A DNA stretch of 51,428 nt. Source: a virus. Its lineage: Duplodnaviria > Caudoviricetes. Below are positions 34,653 through 45,500 of this stretch, piece after piece (position 1 is the stretch's first letter; every line of letters starts with the position of its first letter). Made by a program: the position numbers and the translations under genes. Under the pieces are notes generated by a model. The model searched no databases, was not told the DNA's origin, and saw nothing but the letters and a program-made list of their open reading frames with translations. Where the stretch lies: positions 1-51,428 of IMG/VR virus record IMGVR_UViG_3300012929_000023; one strand, given 5' to 3'.

Positions 34653-36931
34653 TGAGCAAAATAGTACTTACAGACTTAGCTAATTTACAGAATGAAACTA
34701 CAGCTGTAAATGCTATCAACTCTAATAGTGCAGCAATAACAGCTGCATTCGACAATACTCTATCCAGAGATGGGACTGCTCCTAATACGATGCTTTCCTC
34801 TCTGGATATGAATTCTAAGAGTATTATTAATCTTCCTGTGCCTGCCAGCAGCACAGAACCCATTCGTGTTTTAGACGCCGCTCTTCTCAATGGCGGGGGA
34901 AGCATCACGATTCAAGGCACCCCTACAGGAGGTCTTACTGGTCAGGTTTTGACTAAAGCCAGTAATACTAACTACGATACGACTTGGACAACTCAATTAA
35001 GTAATATTACTCTTGAGCAATACGGTGGTGGTATAGCCAAAACTGGTGCTCAAAACGTAACTGCTTGGAATAGTTTAGTCTCCGCGAATCCTAATGGTTT
35101 TCAAGTAACCTTCAATGCGGGAAACTACGTCTTTAATTCAACATTAACTGTACCTCAGAAGGTTGTTTTACAAGGTTCAGCTGTTTACGGATGTACACTT
35201 CAATTTCAACCCACTAGCAACAGTTCGTTCTTAAGTTTTGGCGCAGCTAATTCATTAGATTGGTCTAGCTTTGCTTTGAAAGATATATCAATTTATTCTT
35301 CGGATACAACCTTTACTAAGGTTGCTGTAGACTTGATTGACTTCAATGGAGTTATGTTTGAGAACACCATAATTTATGGAGCAGGTGGTTTTGGCACTTG
35401 GTCCGGGGGCACTGGATCAGGAGCGGTTAGAACCCGTGGGCGACAGTTTCTTAAATGTTATGGGTTTAATACTTGGGCGGCAGATAAACCTCTTCAACAT
35501 TCTCTAAATCCAAATGTCAACATCGCAGCAGATAGCTTTGACTTCAAAGGCGTCTATTTCTTAAGCAGTGGTACTACTTTCCCACTTGTAACTGTAGACC
35601 CCGGTGTTATTACTTACGATACTTATTACGAGGAATGTAACTGGGTTACTGGTTCTTATGGGTATTACTCTAACGATACTTCTCCGTTTAACTTAGTTAA
35701 TGGGATTGTTGCCGGTGGTAGTGGTTATGCGATAGGAGATATAATCTCTATAGCAGGTGGGACTTTTACACAGCAAGCTCAAGTAAGAGTTGTTTCTGTT
35801 AGTGGTGGTGCTGTAACTACAGCCGTCTTGTTTACTCCGGGTGTTTACAGTGTAAATTATCCTAATCTACCTGCTACACAAGCAAGTACTTCAGGTTCTG
35901 GTACAGGTTGTACCTTTAATATGGCTAACTTGGTTAATACGTCGAGTTTAACACTTGGTGGACGTAGTGAGCAAGGTAATCCAGCCGGTGTAGATTATAG
36001 CGTTTATATTAATTGTAAAGTAGGTAGTTACGGATGCGTTAATTTGCGTAACTTTACTTTCGATAATGCTCGTAAAGGTCTTTTTGCTAAAGGTATCAAA
36101 AATCTTAACCTTTACAACTGTTCTTATGTCTTTAGTATCGGACCTTCCGAAGCTTTAAATATCGATGCCAATATAAACCATTTTAATATAAGTGGTTGTT
36201 ACTGGGGCTTAGGAACTACAGCGGTAATCGGTTTATTGCCGTACTGGTACTGTGCTTCTCCTTCAGGTTCTTCAGTTACTATTCCTCCTTCTGCTTTATA
36301 TGGAGGTTCAGGAGGTTTTGCTGCCAGTACAGTTACGACAAATAGTGTTACTTACGTTGGTGCTACTTCAGGTACTTCGTTTGTACATGCACCAACAGTA
36401 GCTGGAAGTGGTAGCTTTACTTTACCAGCATCTGCTACAGATACATTAGTAGCTAGAGCTTCTACAGACACGCTGACTAATAAGACGCTGACATCTCCTG
36501 TTATCACTTCACCAGCAATTACTCTACCTACAATCGATGGTGCTTCCCCTGCACAACGAATGGTAGTAACAAGAGGGGTCAACTTTAACTTAGCTAATAC
36601 CGATACTACTATTGCAATACCGCTTCCTTCCGGGTTCACCCGTTATCAAGTTCAATCGATTGTAATTGGTAATGCAAGCTCAACTTTAGTAGCCTCAACC
36701 TTTGGTGTATTCTCTGCTGCTGCTGCTGGTGGTACAGCTGTGGTAGCGAGTGGAACGGCTTCTGCTGTTACTGCTTCAGCTGCTGAGACTGCTGCTAACT
36801 TCCAATCGGCTACATTGACAGCTACCGGCGCTACAGCATTAGACTTTGCTAATTTGTTCTTCAGAGTTCAGACAGCTAAAGGTACTGCTGCTACTGCAGA
36901 CGTAACTGTAATTTACTATCCACTTTCTTAA
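34652..36931 (+). CDS. tail spike/fibre with probable beta-helix (depolymerase-like) domain
   Basis: N-terminal anchor (INSNS..I..AFDNTLSRDG), LEQYGG...V.F.AG.Y beta-helix start, TLTNKTLTSP fibre motif. Confidence 0.8.
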   Translation: MSKIVLTDLANLQNETTAVNAINSNSAAITAAFDNTLSRDGTAPNTMLSSLDMNSKSIINLPVPASSTEPIRVLDAALLNGGGSITIQGTPTGGLTGQVLTKASNTNYDTTWTTQLSNITLEQYGGGIAKTGAQNVTAWNSLVSANPNGFQVTFNAGNYVFNSTLTVPQKVVLQGSAVYGCTLQFQPTSNSSFLSFGAANSLDWSSFALKDISIYSSDTTFTKVAVDLIDFNGVMFENTIIYGAGGFGTWSGGTGSGAVRTRGRQFLKCYGFNTWAADKPLQHSLNPNVNIAADSFDFKGVYFLSSGTTFPLVTVDPGVITYDTYYEECNWVTGSYGYYSNDTSPFNLVNGIVAGGSGYAIGDIISIAGGTFTQQAQVRVVSVSGGAVTTAVLFTPGVYSVNYPNLPATQASTSGSGTGCTFNMANLVNTSSLTLGGRSEQGNPAGVDYSVYINCKVGSYGCVNLRNFTFDNARKGLFAKGIKNLNLYNCSYVFSIGPSEALNIDANINHFNISGCYWGLGTTAVIGLLPYWYCASPSGSSVTIPPSALYGGSGGFAASTVTTNSVTYVGATSGTSFVHAPTVAGSGSFTLPASATDTLVARASTDTLTNKTLTSPVITSPAITLPTIDGASPAQRMVVTRGVNFNLANTDTTIAIPLPSGFTRYQVQSIVIGNASSTLVASTFGVFSAAAAGGTAVVASGTASAVTASAAETAANFQSATLTATGATALDFANLFFRVQTAKGTAATADVTVIYYPLS

Positions 36932-36939
36932 GGTAAAAC

Positions 36940-37593
36940 ATGAAACAAAATTATGACTTCTTTATAAAGGAAGTCCTCAAGTCAGAGGGTGGTTATTCTA
37001 ACGATCCTAATGACAAAGGTGGTCCGACTAACTTCGGTATCACTATCGCAGACTACAAGAAATATATCAACAAAGCTGGTACTGCCGAAGACGTTAAGAA
37101 CATGACGGTAGACCAAGCTAAAGCAATCTACAAGACGAGGTATTGGGATGCTGTCAATGGTGATACGCTGGCTTCGGGTCTTGATTATACTGTCGCTGAT
37201 TATGGCGTTAATAGTGGTGTGGGCCGAGCTAATTCAGTATTAGCTCAATTCAAAGATAAGAGTACTATTGACCAGATCAACGGCATCAACGACGAACGAT
37301 TACACTTCCTCCATAACATTCGTAATGGATCGGACTGGATGCACTTCGGTAGAGGTTGGCAGTCACGGGTAGATCGTGTTCGTAAGGACTCTCTTGCATT
37401 AGCTAATCCGAAATCTTCAGCTCCTGCTGCAACTGCTGCTACAGCTACTGTAGTTGTTGGTACAGCTACTATCGCAGCTACACCAGTACATCACTGGGCT
37501 TGGCTAATCCCAACAATATTAATTACAGCATTCGTGGCGTTTATCGCAGTCGAATGGATTGAATTCAGACGTCAGGAAAAACAAAATGGATGA
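36940..37593 (+). CDS. glycoside hydrolase family 108 endolysin with C-terminal TM segment
   Basis: EGGYSNDPND.GGPTNFGIT, IYK.RYW, D.GVNSG, FGRGW..R. Confidence 0.93.
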   Translation: MKQNYDFFIKEVLKSEGGYSNDPNDKGGPTNFGITIADYKKYINKAGTAEDVKNMTVDQAKAIYKTRYWDAVNGDTLASGLDYTVADYGVNSGVGRANSVLAQFKDKSTIDQINGINDERLHFLHNIRNGSDWMHFGRGWQSRVDRVRKDSLALANPKSSAPAATAATATVVVGTATIAATPVHHWAWLIPTILITAFVAFIAVEWIEFRRQEKQNG

Positions 37594-37876
37594 CAAAATC
37601 GTAATAACTCCGGCTTCGGCTGTTCCCGTCAGTACTTGGTGGGATGAAGTAAAAGCTTTCTTCAAGTATTCAGAGACTATCTTACTAGCACGTTTAACCG
37701 CTATTACAGGTTTGGTTACTACAGCTGTAGGATATATGGATTGGAGTCCGTTGCTAGGTCTTGATCTAAATACCGGATTCTCCAAAGCACAAGTTATGTG
37801 GACCGGCGGTATAGTCTTTATCAAGGGTATCATCGACGAAATCGCTCGTCGTAGGAATGCTTTGGATCTTAAGTAA
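37586..37876 (+). CDS. putative holin/lysis membrane protein
   Basis: two hydrophobic segments, directly after the endolysin. Confidence 0.6.
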   Translation: MDDKIVITPASAVPVSTWWDEVKAFFKYSETILLARLTAITGLVTTAVGYMDWSPLLGLDLNTGFSKAQVMWTGGIVFIKGIIDEIARRRNALDLK

Positions 37877-38247
37877 TGCTTAGTTGGCTCCCTATTGTAG
37901 GACCAATCATTGAAGGTTTGCTGAATACGGTATCTTCGATCTATAATAAGAAACAAGATACTGTATTAGCCCGCCAACAGGACGATAATAAAACGGATGT
38001 CGCTGTTATTCAAACGCGGGCTCAAGTAGCTATAGCGTTTAAAGATGACCTCGGTGTCCGTCTTGTTCGTGATTTCATCATGTTTCCAGTAGGTGTGTGG
38101 ACAGCCTTGAAGGCTTACTACCTTTGTATACACGGATATGCTCCTGAATATACATGGGAAATCATGAATTGGCCTTCTGAGTTAATGTACATTCCTTACG
38201 CCGTTGTAGCTTTCTTATTTGTAACAGCTTGGAAGGGTAGAGGATGA
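37876..38247 (+). CDS. putative holin-like membrane protein
   Basis: amphipathic N-terminus and two hydrophobic segments. Confidence 0.6.
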   Translation: MLSWLPIVGPIIEGLLNTVSSIYNKKQDTVLARQQDDNKTDVAVIQTRAQVAIAFKDDLGVRLVRDFIMFPVGVWTALKAYYLCIHGYAPEYTWEIMNWPSELMYIPYAVVAFLFVTAWKGRG

Positions 38248-39350
38248 AATACAATCTTCTCGAAATGACCCAAACCATCCTCTCCGAGATGAGTTCGGAT
38301 GAAGTCAATAGTATTTCAGATACTGCAGAATCTCTGCAAGTAGCCAACATCATACGTTCTAAATACTTCGACATTGTCTCTAGAGCAAAGCTTCCAGATA
38401 GTAGCCAGCTAATTCAGCTAGAACCTTCTTTGAATGTTCTGCAGCCTACGCTGATGACAATCCCAGATGGAGTAATCAGTATTGACTGGATTAAGTATTT
38501 CAATAGTAATATTCTAGACGGTACTGGTCCTAGTGATGGTCATGACGTAAATACAGATATCAACAGTAGTACTTGGTCTACGTCTTCGGTTACTTCTAAT
38601 ACAATCGGTATTGGTACTAAAACCTTTATTGTAGCAACAGGATTGCTGATACATACAGGTGATCCTGCTCTTGCTGTAGCCGGTGTCAATCAAATGTCCG
38701 GTACAGTTACAAGCTATACAGGAAGTACATTAGTACTTAATATAACTTCTATTATAGGATCAGGTACGTTTACAGCTTGGATTATCTCCAAGATCGCTGG
38801 ATTACTCGCCCCTCCGGGATACGCGGATATCCAGATACTATCTGTCCGCCAATTACTTGATTATGTCGAAGGCTTCAATCCTGCTGATAGCAACGTACAA
38901 ACGATGTTTTCTCCGCAAGGATATACAATTTACTATATGAACGATAGACAGCCTAAGTGTTGCGCTATCTTCGGTAATGAAACAGTAATCTTCGATTCTT
39001 ACGACAATACTCAAGACTCAACACTACAGAGTATTAAGACACAGTGCTACGGACAGACTCTTCCAGTTTTTAATCTTGTAGATACTTTCATACCTACTTT
39101 AGATCATCAAGAATTTCCTTTGCTTCTAAACGAAGCCAAGGCATTGGCCTTCTACGTTCTCAAGCAGCAGCCACATCAATTGGCAATGCAGGAGACTAAG
39201 CGGCAGTGGAGTTCAGTATCGAAGAACAAGTCAGTTATTAATCGACCGAGTTACTTCGATGAACTTGCGAACTTCGGTAGGCTAGGAGGTTCGCTATATA
39301 GCACCAGAGGGTTCAACAATGACGGTAACCTTAGAGGAATAAATGGCTGA
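38244..39350 (+). CDS. tail tubular protein A (adaptor) with inserted domain
   Basis: LLEM.Q.ILS.M.SDEVNSI.DT.ES.QVA.II...YF N-terminus typical of podovirus adaptors. Confidence 0.8.
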   Translation: MKYNLLEMTQTILSEMSSDEVNSISDTAESLQVANIIRSKYFDIVSRAKLPDSSQLIQLEPSLNVLQPTLMTIPDGVISIDWIKYFNSNILDGTGPSDGHDVNTDINSSTWSTSSVTSNTIGIGTKTFIVATGLLIHTGDPALAVAGVNQMSGTVTSYTGSTLVLNITSIIGSGTFTAWIISKIAGLLAPPGYADIQILSVRQLLDYVEGFNPADSNVQTMFSPQGYTIYYMNDRQPKCCAIFGNETVIFDSYDNTQDSTLQSIKTQCYGQTLPVFNLVDTFIPTLDHQEFPLLLNEAKALAFYVLKQQPHQLAMQETKRQWSSVSKNKSVINRPSYFDELANFGRLGGSLYSTRGFNNDGNLRGING

Positions 39351-39639
39351 AGCAGCTGAAAGTAAAATGCGTTCACAAGACAGGGTTCTTGTTTTAGAAG
39401 TTATAGACGGTAAGAAGACTTTGTCTTCCGCTGGTATGGTAGACTCCGGATTATTCTCTGGGAAGAATAAGCTCCATGCTATTCAAGATCCTAGTTCGAC
39501 TATGTGGTACTTCAAGTATGACATGGGTATCGTCCCGCCTATTCTTAAAGGACAGTTTACAAGTTTTAAAGCATTGAAGAAGTTCGCTGATGTTTACTAC
39601 GAGCGTAGGAATATGCGGATTAAGGAAGTACTCGATTAG
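39343..39639 (+). CDS. conserved hypothetical protein
   Basis: G.VPP.LKGQFTS motif; gagga RBS. Confidence 0.75.
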   Translation: MAEAAESKMRSQDRVLVLEVIDGKKTLSSAGMVDSGLFSGKNKLHAIQDPSSTMWYFKYDMGIVPPILKGQFTSFKALKKFADVYYERRNMRIKEVLD

Positions 39640-41948
39640 TGCCTAATGTTCCTGTAATACAGAACAACTTCACTAAAGGGTTGATGACAGAGTTCACTGG
39701 GCTTAACTTCCCTGAGAATGCTGCTACTGATGCTGATAATTGCGAGTTCACTCTTATTGGAGATGTTCTACGTCGTTCAGGCATGGACTACGAAGACAAC
39801 TTCGCAATGACTAGTATTATTAGTAATTCTGTAGTTAATACCTATAAATGGAACAATGTAGGTGGCGACGGTAGTACTCAACTAATAGTAGTTCAAGTAG
39901 GCAATTTTCTTAGGTTTTATAAAGCTAGCAGCGCTACTATTGATAACCCTCTGTCTACTTGGAATCTTCCAACTACAGTAGATCTTACTTCTTATATAAC
40001 TACAGGCGGGAGTTTAATTCAAACTGAATGTACTTTTGCGGATGGTAATGGATATCTTTTCGTTTACAGTCCAACTACAGAACCTGTGTATTGCAGCTTT
40101 GATCCTGTTACCAACGTAGTTACTCCTCATGTAATAGCAGTAAATATACGAGATTTCTCAGGTATGCCTGATGGTCTCACAGTCAATCAACGTCCTGCAG
40201 TATTCTCTGCTGAACATAATTATAATCTTTCTAATCAAGGGTGGACTGCAGGTAGTAGTTGGGCAACTAACTCTACAACCGTAGCAGGATTGTTTGTAAC
40301 TTCTCAAGTATTCACAGTACCTGCTGGAATGGGAGTTACTCTAGGTGACTTAGTAGTACTGACTTATACCGGAAGTAGTTTTGTTATTCCAACTGGAGTT
40401 ACTTTAGCATGGGGTACAGTCACAGCTTATGTAGGAACAAATTTAACTGTTAATATAGCGGCTATTAATACTACTTATGGAGGACAAACTATTAATGGAT
40501 GGTTTATCTCGCCAACTAACCACGGTTATATAAATACTTGGTTTAGTGCTGAAGGTAATTATCCTAGTAACGCTGACGTATGGTGGTATTTTAAGGACGA
40601 CACTGATACCTTTAATCCAGCTACTACCCAACCTAAAGTAACGTTATCTGCAGGACAAGCTCCGCAGGGACATTATATTATAAATGCCTTTGCACAGCAA
40701 CGTAGTCTAGTTTCTTCTATATCAGGCTTAACTGATGTTACTACTAATTTAAGACCTAACAACGGAGCATGGTTTCAAGGCAGGACTTGGTTTACAGGAT
40801 TAAACTCTGGTCAGCAAGCAAAAGGCGATGCAGCCGCTTATATTTGGACGGAGAATATATATTTTTCCCAAGTCAATGTCGGTAGTCAAACTAACTTCGG
40901 TAATTGCTATCAAGTCAACGATCCTACTTCCGAAACACTCTTCGATCTTCTTCCTACTGATGGCGGTGTAATAACCGTCCAAGGTTCCGGTCCGATTTAT
41001 AAACTCTTTCCTATTCAGAATGGCATGCTTGTCTTCGCTGCCAATGGTGTATGGTTTATCACAGGTAGTCAAGGAATAGGTTTCAAAGCCGATGACTATA
41101 CTATAACTAAAATATCTTCCGTACAGAGTATTTCAAGTACATCCTTTGTAGATGTAATGGGATTGCCTTATTTCTGGAATGAAGAAGGTATTTATTCGGT
41201 CCAACCTCAGCAGCAAGGCGGACTGTCGGTAGAACCTATTACGGTCGGGACGATATTATCGTTTTATAATAACATTCCTATACAAAGTAAGAAATATGTC
41301 CGCGGAGCTTACCATCCAATCGATTACGTTATTCAATGGATTTATAAGTCTGAGATTGAAGTAGCCTTCGGAGATCGCTACAGATTTGATAAGATACTAA
41401 ATTATAACGTCTACAACAAAGCGTTTTATCCATACACAATAACTAGTATCCATAATTGGATATCAGGTATTAATTACGTACAAGGACCGGGCGGAAGTAC
41501 TTCACCAGATCCTGTATTTAAGTACCTTACCAACGCTAATGATAAAACTACATTCTCTGAATTAAACGACGACGTTAATTTCAAGGATTGGGTTTCTAGC
41601 GATAACGTCGGTGTGTCCTACGAAAGTCACTTCGTAACTGGGTTCAGTCTATCAGGTAAATCATTATTGAAGTTTCAAGCTCCTTACATCTATGTTTTCT
41701 CAAGAAACGATCCTCTAGGTAGTTATAAGATACAGAGTATCTGGGATTACGCTACGAGTGGAAACTCCGGAAGATTCTCTTCTCAACAGGTAATTAGAAA
41801 TATTAAGCCTAATTATGGATTCAGCTTTGCTAAAGTAAGACTGAGAGGCAGAGGATTGGTAATGCAAATCAAAATATCTTCATGGGTCAACGAACCCTTC
41901 GACATCATGGGCTGGAGTCTTATGGACACGGTTAATCAAGGCGTATAA
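39639..41948 (+). CDS. tail tubular protein B (nozzle/stabilisation protein)
   Basis: NNF.KGL.TE...L.FPENA..D..N; FQGR.WF.G; IYFSQ; LVFA.NGVW. Confidence 0.85.
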   Translation: MPNVPVIQNNFTKGLMTEFTGLNFPENAATDADNCEFTLIGDVLRRSGMDYEDNFAMTSIISNSVVNTYKWNNVGGDGSTQLIVVQVGNFLRFYKASSATIDNPLSTWNLPTTVDLTSYITTGGSLIQTECTFADGNGYLFVYSPTTEPVYCSFDPVTNVVTPHVIAVNIRDFSGMPDGLTVNQRPAVFSAEHNYNLSNQGWTAGSSWATNSTTVAGLFVTSQVFTVPAGMGVTLGDLVVLTYTGSSFVIPTGVTLAWGTVTAYVGTNLTVNIAAINTTYGGQTINGWFISPTNHGYINTWFSAEGNYPSNADVWWYFKDDTDTFNPATTQPKVTLSAGQAPQGHYIINAFAQQRSLVSSISGLTDVTTNLRPNNGAWFQGRTWFTGLNSGQQAKGDAAAYIWTENIYFSQVNVGSQTNFGNCYQVNDPTSETLFDLLPTDGGVITVQGSGPIYKLFPIQNGMLVFAANGVWFITGSQGIGFKADDYTITKISSVQSISSTSFVDVMGLPYFWNEEGIYSVQPQQQGGLSVEPITVGTILSFYNNIPIQSKKYVRGAYHPIDYVIQWIYKSEIEVAFGDRYRFDKILNYNVYNKAFYPYTITSIHNWISGINYVQGPGGSTSPDPVFKYLTNANDKTTFSELNDDVNFKDWVSSDNVGVSYESHFVTGFSLSGKSLLKFQAPYIYVFSRNDPLGSYKIQSIWDYATSGNSGRFSSQQVIRNIKPNYGFSFAKVRLRGRGLVMQIKISSWVNEPFDIMGWSLMDTVNQGV

Positions 41949-42505
41949 TGGATCCTTTTACCTTAGCGCTGACTGCAGTTAGCGTAGGAACTCAACTCTT
42001 TTCTGCCTTTAGTGGTGCTTCCGATGCTAAAGCAGCCTACGGTGTCCAGCAGGACATGGCTAAGCAAGAACAAAACATCAATGATCAGAAGCAAGCGCAG
42101 ATGGAATTGTCAGCTAAACGTCAGAGCTTAGAACAGTTCAGAGTAGCCCAGAGGCTTAGAGCTCAAGGCGTCAATGCTGCTGTTAACCAAGGAGCTTCAC
42201 TAGGTTCAGGACTACCGGGCGGAGAAGCTCAGAACAGCGGACAATTGTTTACTAATCTTGCAGGTATCAATCAGAACCTACAGTTCGGAAGAGATATCAA
42301 CCAGATCAATAGTACGATCAGTCAAGACAAGATTAGACTTGGAGGTATCCAAGGCCAGATGGCTACAGACCAAGCGATTGGTCAAGCTGGAAGCGCTATT
42401 GGTAAAGCTGCAGGTCCTCTTGGCAGTATCTTTGGAGGTTTCGGTAAGTCAACGGGGAATTACTCAGGTACGCCGGGAGCATTCAACACAGGTGGTCTAT
42501 ATTAA
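41948..42505 (+). CDS. internal virion protein
   Basis: MDP.T start; Ala/Gln/Gly-rich; position after the nozzle gene. Confidence 0.75.
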   Translation: MDPFTLALTAVSVGTQLFSAFSGASDAKAAYGVQQDMAKQEQNINDQKQAQMELSAKRQSLEQFRVAQRLRAQGVNAAVNQGASLGSGLPGGEAQNSGQLFTNLAGINQNLQFGRDINQINSTISQDKIRLGGIQGQMATDQAIGQAGSAIGKAAGPLGSIFGGFGKSTGNYSGTPGAFNTGGLY

Positions 42506-45500
42506 TGGATCCTGTAGAACAAGTCTCTATCGATACAACTCAGCCTGAAGTCAACCAAGTCTCTGCTAATCCTAACGCAGTAGGTGATCCTGCTCCGTCA
42601 TCGGATACTGCGCAAAAGCTTGCTTCTAAGACTTCATTCGGGCTAGGAGATATCGTTGGTAAGACTCCTACTGAATTATACCAGATGTATACTCAAGGTC
42701 AGGAGCAAGGCATCCGTCAGGATGCTGCTGCTCAGCTTGATCGACAGGCTAGCATTGGTAACGTCAAAGCGATTACAGATCTTGCTAATCAAAAGCTAGG
42801 TCCACTTAATCTCGCTGAAGTCCAGAAGCTCGCCCAGTTTCCTAAGACTGATCCCGGTTCAGTTGTAGAGTCTGCTTACGCTAAGCAGTATATGAACCGT
42901 GCTTATAACGCTGCATTCAACATTCAAGATACTTGGATGGATGAAGCAATGGAAAAGATGCCGGATCAAGTCGCTAAGACTAAGGCTATTGCTGAAGACA
43001 AGCTGACCCAGCGTGAGTACGCTGAGACTGTCGCTAATCGTTTGGCAGATGTCAAAGCTAACCAACCTTTCATCGAACACCTAGGTGGTATGGTTGAATC
43101 GATGGTTCCTTTCTACAATCCACTGAAGCTTCAGGCTGCTATGGAAGCTGTAGATGGCAGTCTTATTGGAAGTATCCTACCCGGAGAGAATCTCTATCAG
43201 AAGACACGGGCTCTTCTGCGTATGCCATTTCCTGAGTTCAAAGACAAGTTCGACGCTGTCGTCGACCAGCTCAAGGGTACTCATCTCCATTTAGCACAGC
43301 AGTTCGTTGAAGCTGTCTTAGGTATGTCTACATCTGACCGTGTCATCAATGACGTAATGCCATTAGTTGATACGACAGTAGTTGCTGCTCCTTTGATCGA
43401 TAGCGCAAGGCTGTTCAATCAAATGCGCACAGGCTTCAGACAAGGTGTCCGAGGTGGGCGTCTACCCGGACCTGACGCAGCCAGAACTGCAGATACGTTT
43501 GGTGACGCAGCAGAAGCTGCTGTTCAGACAGTCACTCCTAATCTACGCGCTGACATAGACGGGGTGTATCGTCCTACTGCCCAGCCATTCGTAAGGACTG
43601 GTAAAGACCCTATTAGTCGTGCCACAGACAGTCTACCTACAGGATTGAAGGCTGACAAAGATGTCTTCTCAGACGATGCTGTTCAGACAGGCAGTCTATC
43701 TCGTGAGTTAGTTACCCGTATCGAAGCACAGTTTGATAACTCAGCTACCAATATCGTTGATACGATTGTCAACACTGCTAAGGTTCAGAGAACAGGCCTG
43801 CAAGAAGCTACGGAAACTCAAGTACGTAAAGTCCTAGAGGAAGTCCGTAACAGCAACCCAACGATCCGTAATATGATCTTGGACATCGGTAGTCCTATCC
43901 CTAACCCAGTATCTGGTGAGAACTTTGTCCCAGTCAGGTTAGGTAATGAAACAGGTGAACAGTATTCTAGTGAAGAACTAGCAAGGACTGCAGCCAGAGT
44001 ACACGGTATTCTTGAGTACGATCTCAAGGGTAAAGAAGGATTACGCCAGTACGTTCCTGAGGCAGCTCTACAGCGCCCATGGGAGACACAGTCACGTCTA
44101 CAGGAAGTACGTGTAGAAAATGGCGAAGCCCGTATCTTTACTGACGGTGGAGTTGAAGTAGCTACAACTACTCGCCCTGCTCTTGGACATATTCCAATCG
44201 AAGTCAAGGGTACTAAGGTAACCTTCCATCCAACAATTAAATCAGAGGACGACCTAGCTAGAGCTACAATCGAACAGCAGGGCTTAGGCTTCCATCTGAT
44301 TGTTTACAAAACCTTGCCAGAGAATAGCACTCTGGCGAAGGATCTTCTGCTTAATCTTGATACCGCTAGATCTATGGCTGGTAAGAGTGGCTTCGGAGAT
44401 TGGTTAAAGACCATCCCCGGTGTCGGTTACGCGCTGGGCTCAGATGAAACGTTGAGCGTCCTAGAGCGTCAAGCTCGTAAGACCGCTACGTTTAGTCTTT
44501 CTAATTACCACAAGATGTTTCAGGAAGAGATGCGGTACATCAACGATGTCTACCGTGGTGTCGAACGTGTTGACCAAGTAACTGGTATTCCGTACACTAA
44601 AGCTGAGATGTACGATAAGAATTCTCTGCAAGATAGAATACCACGTCGTCAAGTCTGGAAAGACTTCCAGCGTGCGTTAGAGGCTGGACCCCATACACCT
44701 AACCCGGAGATACCGGGAACTAAAGGTTATTACTACAAGACCGCTACAGAGATCAACCATTTCTGGCTGAGTAACTTCAATCGTCTGCCGACGTTCACCG
44801 AATTACAAGGTTATCTTGCTTGGGGCAGAGCGTACGAGATGGACAGAGTTCTTCGTGCCAATCGTGAGGCAACCAACAAGCTTCGTCTGGCTGTAGAACA
44901 ACATCAGTTCAGTGTCACAGACACCAATGGTGTCACTACTGACAGTGGCTTCGTAGAAGGTACTACTCGTAAGGAGCTACCCGGCGGACGATACCCTCTA
45001 CTTGTAGTACGTCCTGATGGTAAGCTCGATCTTAGACTGGCTTCCAACCTTGGTGGGTCTTATAAAGATCTCGTCGAGCAAGTACGCTCAGGTCGTATGG
45101 CTGCTATCGAAGTCTACAACCCAGAACGCTTCCCTTACGCCAAGATGGGACTAGGACGCCAGCTCGTACGTTACGTAGTAGCGCCTAAGTTTGAGATGAA
45201 GTCTCTAGACTATAACGATCAAGTCAATCGGCTGAGTGGCGGTCACTTCGACTATGATTTCACCCACGCTGTCAAACAAGCTAAGATGGTACGTACTAAA
45301 GCTGGTGGTACTGTCTTGGACAGTTATGTTGGTGATACTACAGTGATGCTTACCAGCAACCCAAGGGCTGCTGAAGACTTTACTAGGGGTCTCAACCAAG
45401 TTATGCAACTGATGGTCAAGAAGGATATTGCAACAGCTAAAGCTCTGCTGAAGACCATCTGGCCTATCGAATGGAAAGACTGGGCTGTTAAGTTCAAAGA

